A stretch of DNA of 64,000 bases, taken from NCBI GenBank assembly GCA_963663385.2, contig CAXXXD010000002.1, positions 1,120,001 to 1,184,000 of the forward strand. The letters run 5' to 3'. The notes under the pieces are model-generated. The model made no database searches. It was not told the DNA's origin and saw only the letters and a program-made list of their open reading frames with translations. Position 1 is the first letter of the stretch, and every line of letters begins with the position of its first letter. This document shows, piece after piece, positions 18,751 to 27,877 of the stretch. Source of the DNA: Oceanispirochaeta sp. Lineage in GTDB: Bacteria > Spirochaetota > Spirochaetia > DSM-2461. The position numbers were made by a program, and so were the translations under genes.

Positions 18751-20127
18751 ATGAAAAAAGTTTTAACAGTTCTGTTAATTTTCCTGACAGGGATGTTCCT
18801 GTTTGCCGGCGGTCAGCAGGAAACTGCCGCATCAGCTGTTCAGGAAGGCCCTGTCGAAATCGATTACTGGACATCCCATACCCAGTCTGATAGACAGGCT
18901 ACGATACAGGTTCTTATTGATACCTTTGAAATAATGAACCCCGATATAAAAATTAATCTGATCGCTGTTGACGAGAATGACCTTCCCACAAACCTGAACA
19001 CGGCTGCGGCAGCAGGTACAATGCCGGCCATAATAGAATGTGCCGCAGAAAATGCCGTGGCATTCGGTTCTGAAGCTTTACTGGATTCGGCTGCTGCCAC
19101 CGATGTGATTGGCATGATAGGCAGGGATGAGTTCTATGCGGGAACCCTTAAGCTTGTGGAATCCGAAGAAAAGGGTGTATACAATGCCGTCCCCTTTCAC
19201 GGGTGGGTTCAGGGAATCTGGTACAGGGCGGACTGGTTTGAAGAGGCCGGTCTGGAACCTCCGACAACCTGGGAGAATATTAAAAAAGCTGCCGAGTATT
19301 TTTATCAGCCCGATAAAAACCAGTACGGAATCCTTGTGGGTACCAAAGTGGAAACCTATGCCGAACAGTGTTTTACCCAGTTTGCCATGTCTAATGGCGC
19401 CGGTCTGTTCGATAAAGAGGGGAACCTTGTTTTTAATTCTCCCGCTATGAAGGAAGCTCTGGAATTCTATGCGGAACTGGCAAAATACAATCCTCCCGGA
19501 CCACAGACATGGAGAGCACGGGATTACTATATTCAGGGTAAAATGGCCATGTTCTTTTATTCCACCTATATTATGGATGATCTGGCCCTGGCGGAAGTGG
19601 CGGCCGGTTCGTTGACAAGTGAGAACTTTGAAGATCTGGCCGGAACCAGTTTTGATCCCGAACTGGTAGAGAACACCCGTATGGTTTCCACCATTTCAAA
19701 CAAAGAGGATGCCGGCTATGGTGTGGTTATGTCAATTGCCATGCCTGCTCATGGGGACAGCGCAAAAACAGAAGCGGCCAAGAAGTTCCTGAGATACCTG
19801 TATACTCCCAATGCCTATATCACCTATATGCATATGCAGCCCGGCGGGATTAATCCCGTATTAAAGGATATTGCAACCAACGAACGTTTTCAGAACGACC
19901 CCAACGGTATCTTTAAAAACTACGGCAAGGAGAAAATGGCCGAAATCATTGCCGGTCTGGACAATATAGAAACCTTCAGCATTGTGGAGGGAAACAGAAT
20001 CCCCGCAGCCAGCACGATTTATTCCAAAATGATTATACCGGAAATGATATATAAGATTACCCAGGAAAAGATGGATATAGACAGCGCCATGGCCTGGGCC
20101 GAACAGGAAATGATCAAACTGAAATAG
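18751..20127 (+). CDS. Carbohydrate ABC transporter substrate-binding protein (YcjN-like)
   Basis: MKKVL..LFAGGQQE signal; PPTTWE, GKMAM family-1 SBP motifs. Confidence 0.9.
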   Translation: MKKVLTVLLIFLTGMFLFAGGQQETAASAVQEGPVEIDYWTSHTQSDRQATIQVLIDTFEIMNPDIKINLIAVDENDLPTNLNTAAAAGTMPAIIECAAENAVAFGSEALLDSAAATDVIGMIGRDEFYAGTLKLVESEEKGVYNAVPFHGWVQGIWYRADWFEEAGLEPPTTWENIKKAAEYFYQPDKNQYGILVGTKVETYAEQCFTQFAMSNGAGLFDKEGNLVFNSPAMKEALEFYAELAKYNPPGPQTWRARDYYIQGKMAMFFYSTYIMDDLALAEVAAGSLTSENFEDLAGTSFDPELVENTRMVSTISNKEDAGYGVVMSIAMPAHGDSAKTEAAKKFLRYLYTPNAYITYMHMQPGGINPVLKDIATNERFQNDPNGIFKNYGKEKMAEIIAGLDNIETFSIVEGNRIPAASTIYSKMIIPEMIYKITQEKMDIDSAMAWAEQEMIKLK

Positions 20128-20201
20128 GAATCCAATATTAACAGGGGAGCGTTATTGAGAGTTTTCTCCGGAAGACGCTCTCCTTTTTCCGGAGTTTATC
20201 T

Positions 20202-21092
20202 ATGAAATCAATGCTTCAGTCTTCGGGGCTGGATTACAATAAAAGGGAAGTGTATCTGGGATGGGGACTGGTATTCCCTTCCGTCTTTATAATCCTCTCA
20301 CTTATCCTTTATCCCATTGTGTACAATATCTATCTCAGTTTTTTTGATGTCAGTCCGGGGGGACCCAATACCTTTACCGGTCTTGAAAACCATCGGTCTG
20401 TGGTGATGGATGTTTTTTTCTGGAAGTCAGTGGGGACGACCGTCCTCTATGTATTTTTTACTACCGCCGGCACAACGCTGATGGGACTGATAGTAGCGCT
20501 TGTTATGAATCAGGAGTTCCCCCTGAGGGGGCTTGTCAGGAGCCTGGTGCTTTTTCCCTATGTGGCCCCGGTCATCTCAGTGGTTTTCTCCTGGCAGTTT
20601 ATATTTGATCCGGTAAACGGAATTGTCATGGATGTGCTGGTGGAGAGGCTGGGCTGGATGTCCGACAGGGTCAATCTGATCGGAACCCCTTCTTCTGCCG
20701 TCTGGGTCGCCATTCTGTTCAGTATCTGGAAGAATTTCCCCTTTACCTATCTGATGATCCTTTCCCGTCTTCAGGGAATCGATAAAAACCTTTACGAAGC
20801 GGCGGAAGTGGACGGGGCTTCGGGATGGGAGAAGTTCAGATATATCACTCTGCCGGAGATCTACTTTATTACTGGGTCCATTATCCTCCTGAGAGTTATA
20901 TGGAACTTCAATAAGTTTGACGAAGTCTATCTGCTGACCGGAACGAATGTGAAGGTCCTGTCCGTATATACCTACTTCAAGGCTTTTGTGGGAACAATGG
21001 AAATGGGGCAGGGGTCTGCCCTGGCGCTCATTCAGTTCATACTGCTGATCGGGTTTATTATGTTTTATGTCAGGAAGGTGCTGAAATGGTAG
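20202..21092 (+). CDS. Carbohydrate ABC permease (YcjO-like)
   Basis: EAA loop LYEAAEVDGAS; 6 TM. Confidence 0.92.
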   Translation: MKSMLQSSGLDYNKREVYLGWGLVFPSVFIILSLILYPIVYNIYLSFFDVSPGGPNTFTGLENHRSVVMDVFFWKSVGTTVLYVFFTTAGTTLMGLIVALVMNQEFPLRGLVRSLVLFPYVAPVISVVFSWQFIFDPVNGIVMDVLVERLGWMSDRVNLIGTPSSAVWVAILFSIWKNFPFTYLMILSRLQGIDKNLYEAAEVDGASGWEKFRYITLPEIYFITGSIILLRVIWNFNKFDEVYLLTGTNVKVLSVYTYFKAFVGTMEMGQGSALALIQFILLIGFIMFYVRKVLKW

Positions 21093-22048
21093 TTAGAAGA
21101 AGTCTTCCGGGAAAAATCGGGTTTGCTCTCCTGGTCATATTTATTGTTCTGTTCTGTATTTTCCCATTTTTTCAGATGCTTTCCATGTCTCTGAAATACC
21201 AGTGGGATTGGGGAAATCCTTCGCTGATTCCCACTCAGCTGAACTTTGAAGCCTATAAGGAGCTGCTCAATATAGGGCAGGAACTGAAGAATGTTCCCGA
21301 ATCCATAATTCATCTCCTGGAAGAGAATCCTGATCTTACAAAGGCACAGCGATCGGCGATACTCGGGAAATACCAGGCCAGCGGCGATGTGTTTCCTTTT
21401 CCGCGGTATTTCGGGAACTCCCTGACTCTGGCGGGACTGGCGGCGCTGTTCTCTGTTTTTATAGCCATACTGGGAGCCTATTCGTTCAGCCGGTTGAATT
21501 TCCCGGGACGGGCCTCCATACAGAGGGGGGTGCTTTTTGTCTATATGTTCGGGGGAATCCTTCTGCTGATCCCTCTGTATAAAGTTTTTGTCTCCCTGGG
21601 GTTTCTGGCTACCCCTGCGGGAACATTCATCTCCCTTCTTGTTATCTATCTGGTCCAAACCCTTCCTGTTTCCCTCTATATGCTGGGTAACTTTTTTAGA
21701 ACCATTCCCTACTCGATAGAGGAGGCAGCCATGATCGAAGGCGCTTCGAGGGTCGGGATTATCTTTCGGATTATAATCCCCCTTTCCCTGTCTGCCATTG
21801 TGACGGTCTATATTTACGGTTTTATGATTGCCTGGAATGAGTATATGTTCGCTTCGGTTTTTCTGAAAGGGTACAAGGATCTGTATACGCTCCCGATGGG
21901 ATTGAATTCCCTTTTCGTATCAAAAAATGCGGTGTGGGACAGGATTATGTCTGCTTCGGTGCTGACGGCGACTCCCGTGATTGCCCTTTTTATGCTTATA
22001 CAGAAAAACCTGGTTGGCGGGATGTCCGAAGGAGGCGTAAAAGAGTAG
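21086..22048 (+). CDS. Carbohydrate ABC permease (YcjP-like)
   Basis: IEEAAMIEGAS, AWNEY, C-terminal GGVKE. Confidence 0.92.
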   Translation: MVVRRSLPGKIGFALLVIFIVLFCIFPFFQMLSMSLKYQWDWGNPSLIPTQLNFEAYKELLNIGQELKNVPESIIHLLEENPDLTKAQRSAILGKYQASGDVFPFPRYFGNSLTLAGLAALFSVFIAILGAYSFSRLNFPGRASIQRGVLFVYMFGGILLLIPLYKVFVSLGFLATPAGTFISLLVIYLVQTLPVSLYMLGNFFRTIPYSIEEAAMIEGASRVGIIFRIIIPLSLSAIVTVYIYGFMIAWNEYMFASVFLKGYKDLYTLPMGLNSLFVSKNAVWDRIMSASVLTATPVIALFMLIQKNLVGGMSEGGVKE

Positions 22049-22094
22049 CCGTTACTCTATTTTCCCGGGAAAAATCAGCTTATCCCTCTATTCC

Positions 22095-22121
22095 GACCGG
22101 GACAAAGTCCCGGTCTTTTTT
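22095..22121 (+). terminator. Rho-independent terminator
   Basis: GACCGGGAC-aaa-GTCCCGGTC-TTTTTT. Confidence 0.8.
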
Positions 22122-22153
22122 ATATACTGAAAAAATTACATGATATTCAAGGA

Positions 22154-23557
22154 ATGAAGATGAATACATTTAAAATAGCTATTGTCTGCGGCAAACTGGG
22201 AGATGTGGACGGTGTCTCCCTGGAAGTTGATAAATGGATAGAAATCCTGTCCGGTCTGGGACATGAAATATATACTGTCGCCGGTTCCTATGCATCTGAT
22301 CTGGAATCGGTTTCGAAAGAGAAGCAGCTTGTGGTTCCCGAACTCCGGTTTGACTCGGATTTTCAAAAGGAAATCGAGCTGGCCATGTTTCCCCATGTTA
22401 TGCCCGGGAAGCGGAACCGGATTAATAAAAAAAAGCAGGATAAGCTTCTGGAAGAGCTGGATATAGCCGGGAATATTGCGGCGGAACATATTCATGACTT
22501 TATTATGGAGCACAAAATCGATGCCCTGATTGCCCAGAATACCAATGCCATGCCCATGACCCTGATTGGGGCTTCTGCGGTCTATAAACTGGCAATGGAA
22601 TACAAAATGGCCGTCATATTTCACCATCATGACTTCTGGTGGGAAAGGAGCCGTTTCAGCGGCAACCTCATGGAGAATCTTCTTCAGCAGATTATGCCCC
22701 CCGGCGATCCCTCTCTGGAACATGTTGTTATCTCCTCCTATGCGGCGCATAATCTCAGAACCATCAAGCGTGTTAACCCTCATATCGTTCCCAACTGTGA
22801 AGATTTTGATAATCCCCCTGTTCCGGATGATTACAACAGGGATTTCAGGGAGGAACTGGGATATGGAAAGGATGATATCCTTTTTGTCCAGCCCACCAGA
22901 ATAGTACCCCGCAAAAGGATTGAGGACTCCATTCTTCTGGTCTCCCGCTTCTGCCAGCTCTACCCCGAAACAAGGGAGCGGGTCCGGTTTATCATCTCCC
23001 TCTATCAGGGGGATGAGCTTGACGACAGCTATGTGGAAAATATCAGGGCCCTGGCAGAACGGGAGGGTGTTACCCTCGATCTGATTGCCGAAAGAGTGGC
23101 CTCCCTGCGGGGAACGGATAAAGAGGGCAGAAAGCTGTATACCAACCGTGATGTTCTGGTTAATGCGGACTTTGTTACCTACCTCCCTATCTGGGAGGGA
23201 TTCGGCAATGCTCTGCTGGAGACCGTGGCCGCACGGGTTCCCCTGGCTGTGGTTACGTATCTGGTGTATAAAACGGATATTATGAACCGCGGCCTGGAGT
23301 GCGTTGAGATCCGGGATGAATATGATGATGAGGGGAATCTGGTTATAACCGATAACTGTCTGAAGCAGATTCATCAAATCCTCTTTGAACCGGGCATCCG
23401 GGAAGTCATGACCGAAAACAGCTTCAAGGCTATGAAAAATGCCTTCGGTATGGATGAGCTTAAAAGACGTTTAATCGGAATCATGGATAGTTACGAAGAC
23501 GAAATCCGGGCATCCAGAAAGAGACTGAGTAAGAAAAACCGTCATTTCGCCGTTTAG
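22154..23557 (+). CDS. GT4 glycosyltransferase (mannosylglucosylglycerate synthase-like)
   Basis: DGVSLEVDKW, HHHDFWWERSRF, QPTRIVPRKRIE, WEGFGNALLE motifs. Confidence 0.8.
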   Translation: MKMNTFKIAIVCGKLGDVDGVSLEVDKWIEILSGLGHEIYTVAGSYASDLESVSKEKQLVVPELRFDSDFQKEIELAMFPHVMPGKRNRINKKKQDKLLEELDIAGNIAAEHIHDFIMEHKIDALIAQNTNAMPMTLIGASAVYKLAMEYKMAVIFHHHDFWWERSRFSGNLMENLLQQIMPPGDPSLEHVVISSYAAHNLRTIKRVNPHIVPNCEDFDNPPVPDDYNRDFREELGYGKDDILFVQPTRIVPRKRIEDSILLVSRFCQLYPETRERVRFIISLYQGDELDDSYVENIRALAEREGVTLDLIAERVASLRGTDKEGRKLYTNRDVLVNADFVTYLPIWEGFGNALLETVAARVPLAVVTYLVYKTDIMNRGLECVEIRDEYDDEGNLVITDNCLKQIHQILFEPGIREVMTENSFKAMKNAFGMDELKRRLIGIMDSYEDEIRASRKRLSKKNRHFAV

Positions 23558-23581
23558 ATCAAATCAATTAAGGATGGAATA

Positions 23582-24412
23582 TTGGCAATCCCCATTAAAC
23601 TTGTCGCCTGTGATATGGATGGAACCCTTCTGGATGATAACAAGGAGATTCCTGCCGGGAATATTACAGCCGTACAGAATCTGAAAGAGAAGAATGTTCA
23701 CTTCGTCATTGCCACAGGGCGCCATGACTCCATGATTAAAAGCTATCTGGATGAACTTGGTATTGATATGCCTGTTATCTCCTGCAACGGGGCCATGATC
23801 CGGGAACCCCGGTCGGGAAGGATGTACTCTTCCGTTCCCCTGGAAACGGAACAGATTCTGAAAGTTATCCGTATCTGCAAGGAGTTAGGAGCAGACTACC
23901 ATATCTATGGACGGGATGTCATTTACGGAGAGGCCCTGTCCGGGAAAATGTACTACTATGACCTGCGGAACAGATCCCTTTCTCCTGAAAACAGGATTAA
24001 TCTGTTTGTATCGGAGGATTATGAAAAATTCGTTCGGGAGCAGGAAGGAGCCCTCTATAAGGTTCTGATTCTTCCGGCCCGGGAAGAAGACTTTGCTACG
24101 GTGGAGAAAGCGGTTTTAAGGGAAACAGGGCTGCAGCCTTCTCAATCGGATAAAACCCTGCTTGACGTTATGCAGAAAGGTATAACCAAAGCCTCTGCCA
24201 TCGATAATCTCTGCCGGGAACTGGGAATCCGGCAGCATGAAACCGCTGCTATCGGAGATCACCTGAACGATCTGGATATGATCGAATACGCCGGTACGGG
24301 AGTCGCCATGCAGAATGCAGTGGCATCTGTCAAAGAGGCCGCCCAGCTGGTAACGGAAAACTGCAACAACAATGGCGGAGTGGCAGAGGCGCTGGAAAAG
24401 CTGATCCAATGA
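23582..24412 (+). CDS. Cof-type HAD-IIB phosphatase
   Basis: DMDGTLL, ATGR, GDHLNDLDM motifs. Confidence 0.92.
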   Translation: MAIPIKLVACDMDGTLLDDNKEIPAGNITAVQNLKEKNVHFVIATGRHDSMIKSYLDELGIDMPVISCNGAMIREPRSGRMYSSVPLETEQILKVIRICKELGADYHIYGRDVIYGEALSGKMYYYDLRNRSLSPENRINLFVSEDYEKFVREQEGALYKVLILPAREEDFATVEKAVLRETGLQPSQSDKTLLDVMQKGITKASAIDNLCRELGIRQHETAAIGDHLNDLDMIEYAGTGVAMQNAVASVKEAAQLVTENCNNNGGVAEALEKLIQ

Positions 24413-24489
24413 AAACAGACCTCTTTACAGGTTTCTTTAGAATACCTATAATGTAAATTCCGACAAAAATTTAGGGGAAGGAATATTTC

Positions 24490-24696
24490 ATGCCTATAGA
24501 CAGAAGTTTAATTATCCCTCTGGGAGATCTGGTAAATAACGAAGGCAATATGTATGAGCTGACTAATGCAGCCATCCACAGGGCTGCCCAGATCAGTGTT
24601 GCCGGAAGCGAAGACCTTGAAAAAAACAAGGGGAAAATCGTTTCCACTGCTCTTCAGGAAATTATCTCTAAAACAGTTGAATACGAATATCACTGA
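24490..24696 (+). CDS. rpoZ: RNA polymerase omega subunit (short form)
   Basis: GNMYELTNAAIHRA...KIVSTALQEI pattern; upstream of miaA. Confidence 0.7.
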   Translation: MPIDRSLIIPLGDLVNNEGNMYELTNAAIHRAAQISVAGSEDLEKNKGKIVSTALQEIISKTVEYEYH

Positions 24697-25618
24697 TCAG
24701 GCCCTGCCTGTAATCTGCCTTTTCGGACCTACAGCGGTCGGGAAAACCGACTTGCTGGAGGAGCTGTTCATTCACACGGGAGAGATTATCAGTGCCGATT
24801 CCATGCAGGTATACCGCCGTATGGATATCGGCACGGCAAAACCCGATAAATCCATTCTGGAAAGACTCCCCCATCATCTGATTGACATCCTGGAATATAC
24901 AACTCAATTTAATGCCGGGGATTTTGTTAAACTGGCGGATCAGGCTGTCAGGGATATTCACGCCCGGGGGCTTGTTCCTGTTATTTCGGGAGGGACAGCT
25001 TTCTATTTCAGGAATTTCCTTTTCGGACTGCCCCGGATTCCAGCGGTTTCGCCGGATATACGGACGGATTTGAACAAAAGGATGGCCCGGGAGGGATTGC
25101 CGGCTCTCCGCAGAGAGCTTGAAGCATGTGATCCCCATACGGCAGACAGGCTTGAACCGGGAGACAGCGCCAGGACGGTCCGGGCGCTGGAAGTTTTTCT
25201 GGGAACAGGGAAACCTCTTTCCGACTTTCCCGTTCCCCGGACACCCCGTTCCGGTTTCCGCTGCCTGATGCTGGGACTTACCAGGGACAGAGCAGAGCTT
25301 TATGACCGGATTAATCGGCGTGTGGATATTATGTTCGGTCAGGGTCTGGCTGATGAAGTCCGATCCCTGATCAGGGAAGGGGCTTCTTTTGATGACCCGG
25401 GTATGAAGGGGATCGGCTATAGCGAATTTGCCTCCCTGTACCGTGACGGCTGCCGGACAATGGAAGATGTGAAGAATCAGATCAAACAGGATTCCAGAAG
25501 GTATGCTAAAAGGCAGATGACTTTTTTCCGGTCCCTGCCGGGGATTGAGTGGTACAACCCTGAGGAAAAAAGAAAAATCAGAGAGCGTATAGCTTTATTT
25601 AACCCGATTACTACTTGA
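24677..25618 (+). CDS. miaA: tRNA dimethylallyltransferase
   Basis: GPTAVGKT, ISADSMQVYRRMDIGTAKP, YAKRQMTFF; TTG start at 24677 assumed. Confidence 0.95.
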   Translation: MNTNITDQALPVICLFGPTAVGKTDLLEELFIHTGEIISADSMQVYRRMDIGTAKPDKSILERLPHHLIDILEYTTQFNAGDFVKLADQAVRDIHARGLVPVISGGTAFYFRNFLFGLPRIPAVSPDIRTDLNKRMAREGLPALRRELEACDPHTADRLEPGDSARTVRALEVFLGTGKPLSDFPVPRTPRSGFRCLMLGLTRDRAELYDRINRRVDIMFGQGLADEVRSLIREGASFDDPGMKGIGYSEFASLYRDGCRTMEDVKNQIKQDSRRYAKRQMTFFRSLPGIEWYNPEEKRKIRERIALFNPITT

Positions 25619-25643
25619 CCATTCATCGGCATGTAGGCATAAT
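25615..25643 (+). promoter_or_regulatory. Sigma-70-like promoter for the small basic ORF
   Basis: TTGACC-N17-CATAAT. Confidence 0.55.
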
Positions 25644-25725
25644 GTTTTGAGCTCTGATTGCCGGAGATAGTAAATTAAGACCTGGAATCTGTTTTTCAGG
25701 ATTATTCGATAAGGAGATTACGCAA

Positions 25726-25815
25726 GTGCCCTGTGGTAGAAAACGTAAAAGAAAAAAAATTGCGACTCACAAAAGAAAGAAGAAACTGAGAAAGAACAGA
25801 CATAAGCATAAATAG
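25726..25815 (+). CDS. 29-aa basic protein, bS22/AURKAIP1-COX24-like ribosomal protein
   Basis: AAGGAG RBS, GTG start, MPCGRKRKRKKIATHKRKKKLRKNRHKHK*; missed by the ORF track. Confidence 0.85.
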   Translation: MPCGRKRKRKKIATHKRKKKLRKNRHKHK

Positions 25816-25855
25816 GTCTACTATTTCATCAGAATTTTAGTGAGAAAAGCAGCAG

Positions 25856-25884
25856 GGCGGTATTGAATAATACCGCCTTTTTTT
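25856..25884 (+). terminator. Rho-independent terminator
   Basis: GGCGGTATT-gaat-AATACCGCC-TTTTTTT. Confidence 0.85.
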
Positions 25885-25909
25885 GGCTTTCCCCCGATAG
25901 AGGTAAAGT

Positions 25910-27865
25910 GTGAAAGATTATCCCCTCCTGTCTTCAATTGATCATCCAGATTGTCTCAATAGTTTAAGCAATGAAGAATTGACAGTTCTGTCCGAAGAAA
26001 TTCGCCGCTACATTATTCAGACTGTCAGCCGGAACGGCGGTCACCTGGCATCCAATCTGGGTGTGGTTGAGCTGACAATTGCCATGCATAAGGTATTTTC
26101 CTCCCCGCGTGACAAGTTTATATGGGACGTGGGCCATCAGTGTTATACCCATAAACTCCTGACAGGCCGTACGGCCGAGTTTAACTCGCTCCGGCAGAAA
26201 GACGGGATGAGCGGTTTTCCCAAAAGGGAGGAGAGTGCGCATGATCAGTTTAATACCGGACACTCTTCCACTTCCATATCGGCCGGATTAGGCCTCCTGG
26301 CCGGTGAAAGGCTTCTGGAGAAGCAGGGGAAGGTCCTCTGTGTGATCGGTGACGGAGCATTGACGGGAGGTCAGGCTCTGGAGGCTTTAAACTACGGAGG
26401 ACATTTTAAAAAGGATCTTATTGTCATCCTCAATGACAATGAAATGTCAATCAGCCCCAATGTTGGGGCCATCTCCTCTTATTTAAGCCGTCTGGCTTCT
26501 ACCGGCCGGTACCGCCGGATCAGACGCATGATAGACCGGACCATTCTGTTTATCCCGTTTCTCGGAAAAATTCTCCTTCGCTGGGTATACAGACTGAAGA
26601 GGGGCGTGAAGGGAACATTCTACAGAGAGAACCTCTTTACCGACATGGGGTATAAATATGTCGGTCCCATCGATGGTCATAATATCAGGAAGCTGACTGA
26701 AGTTCTGGAGAATGTCAAAACCATAGATGATCAGCCTGTTGTCGTTCATGTACTGACCACAAAAGGAAAGGGTTACTCCCATGCCGAAGGAGATCCTTCA
26801 TCCTATCATGGAGTGGGACCGTTTACGGTGGAGACGGGTAAAGTTGATCCCTCACTGAAGGCCCACCCTGAGTGTCTGACTATGACTCAGGCATTCAGTA
26901 AGTCTGTGCTCAGCCTGGCCGACCGGGATCCGGGGATAACAGCTGTTACAGCGGCCATGTCCTCCGGGACGGGACTTAATCCCTTCCGGGAGAAGTATCC
27001 CGACCGTTTCTTTGATGTGGGGATTGCCGAACAGCATGCCGTAACATTTTCAGCCGGTTTGGCCGCATCCGGAATGAAGCCCGTATGCGCTATCTATTCG
27101 ACATTCATGCAGCGTTCGGTCGATCAGGTCATTCATGATGTTGCCCTTCCCGGACTTCCGGTTGTTATCTGTATGGATCGCAGCGGGCTTGTCGGCGACG
27201 ACGGTGAGACACATCAGGGCATTTTTGACATTTCCATTTTCAAAAGCGTTCCCAATCTGGATTTTCTGGCTCCCGTCAGTGAAAGGGAGATGGATTTGCT
27301 TTTGAACTGGGCCATAGAAAGGAAACGGCCTGTAATGCTGCGTTATTCCAAGGATTACTGCGTTCCTGACGAAATGCTTCCGGATGAGCCTGTAAAAACC
27401 GGACGGGGTGTTATGGTGCGAAAACAGGAAGGAGCAACCGTTCTTTTCCTCTCTCTGGGGGGCCTGCTGAAAGAGGTGGCAGAAGCCGCGGATATTATTT
27501 CTGAAAAAGGACTGAAAGCGGATATCCACTACCTCCGTTTTATCCGTCCTCTGGATTACGACTTTCTGATCGCCCTGATGGAATCCTATGAAATTGTGGT
27601 CTTTGCAGAAGAGGGAATCCAATCCGGCGGCCTTGGAGAAGAACTGTCCGCCGTCCTGAAGGACAGAAAATCAGATACCCTGTACAGCCATTACGGGGTT
27701 CCATCGGAGTTCCTGTCTCAGGCTACCCGCTCCGAATTGATTAAAATCTGCGGACTTGATGCCCAGTCACTGGCCGGCAAGGTTGATCTTATACAGCAGG
27801 ATCTGCGCTTCAGCAGAGTTGTGGATATGGTTAAGAATGATAAATGGAAGGCCCATAATATTTAA
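25910..27865 (+). CDS. dxs: 1-deoxy-D-xylulose-5-phosphate synthase
   Basis: GGHLASNLG, WDVGHQCY, GDGALTGG, DVGIAEQHA, GDDGETHQG. Confidence 0.97.
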   Translation: MKDYPLLSSIDHPDCLNSLSNEELTVLSEEIRRYIIQTVSRNGGHLASNLGVVELTIAMHKVFSSPRDKFIWDVGHQCYTHKLLTGRTAEFNSLRQKDGMSGFPKREESAHDQFNTGHSSTSISAGLGLLAGERLLEKQGKVLCVIGDGALTGGQALEALNYGGHFKKDLIVILNDNEMSISPNVGAISSYLSRLASTGRYRRIRRMIDRTILFIPFLGKILLRWVYRLKRGVKGTFYRENLFTDMGYKYVGPIDGHNIRKLTEVLENVKTIDDQPVVVHVLTTKGKGYSHAEGDPSSYHGVGPFTVETGKVDPSLKAHPECLTMTQAFSKSVLSLADRDPGITAVTAAMSSGTGLNPFREKYPDRFFDVGIAEQHAVTFSAGLAASGMKPVCAIYSTFMQRSVDQVIHDVALPGLPVVICMDRSGLVGDDGETHQGIFDISIFKSVPNLDFLAPVSEREMDLLLNWAIERKRPVMLRYSKDYCVPDEMLPDEPVKTGRGVMVRKQEGATVLFLSLGGLLKEVAEAADIISEKGLKADIHYLRFIRPLDYDFLIALMESYEIVVFAEEGIQSGGLGEELSAVLKDRKSDTLYSHYGVPSEFLSQATRSELIKICGLDAQSLAGKVDLIQQDLRFSRVVDMVKNDKWKAHNI

Positions 27866-27877
27866 TACCGTTCCGGA

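Noticed and set aside
22136..23377. Long antisense or alternate-frame ORFs (also 29611-30744, 49133-50371, 54606-55589, 61907-62938)
   Set aside because: They shadow well-supported genes and show no recognisable motifs
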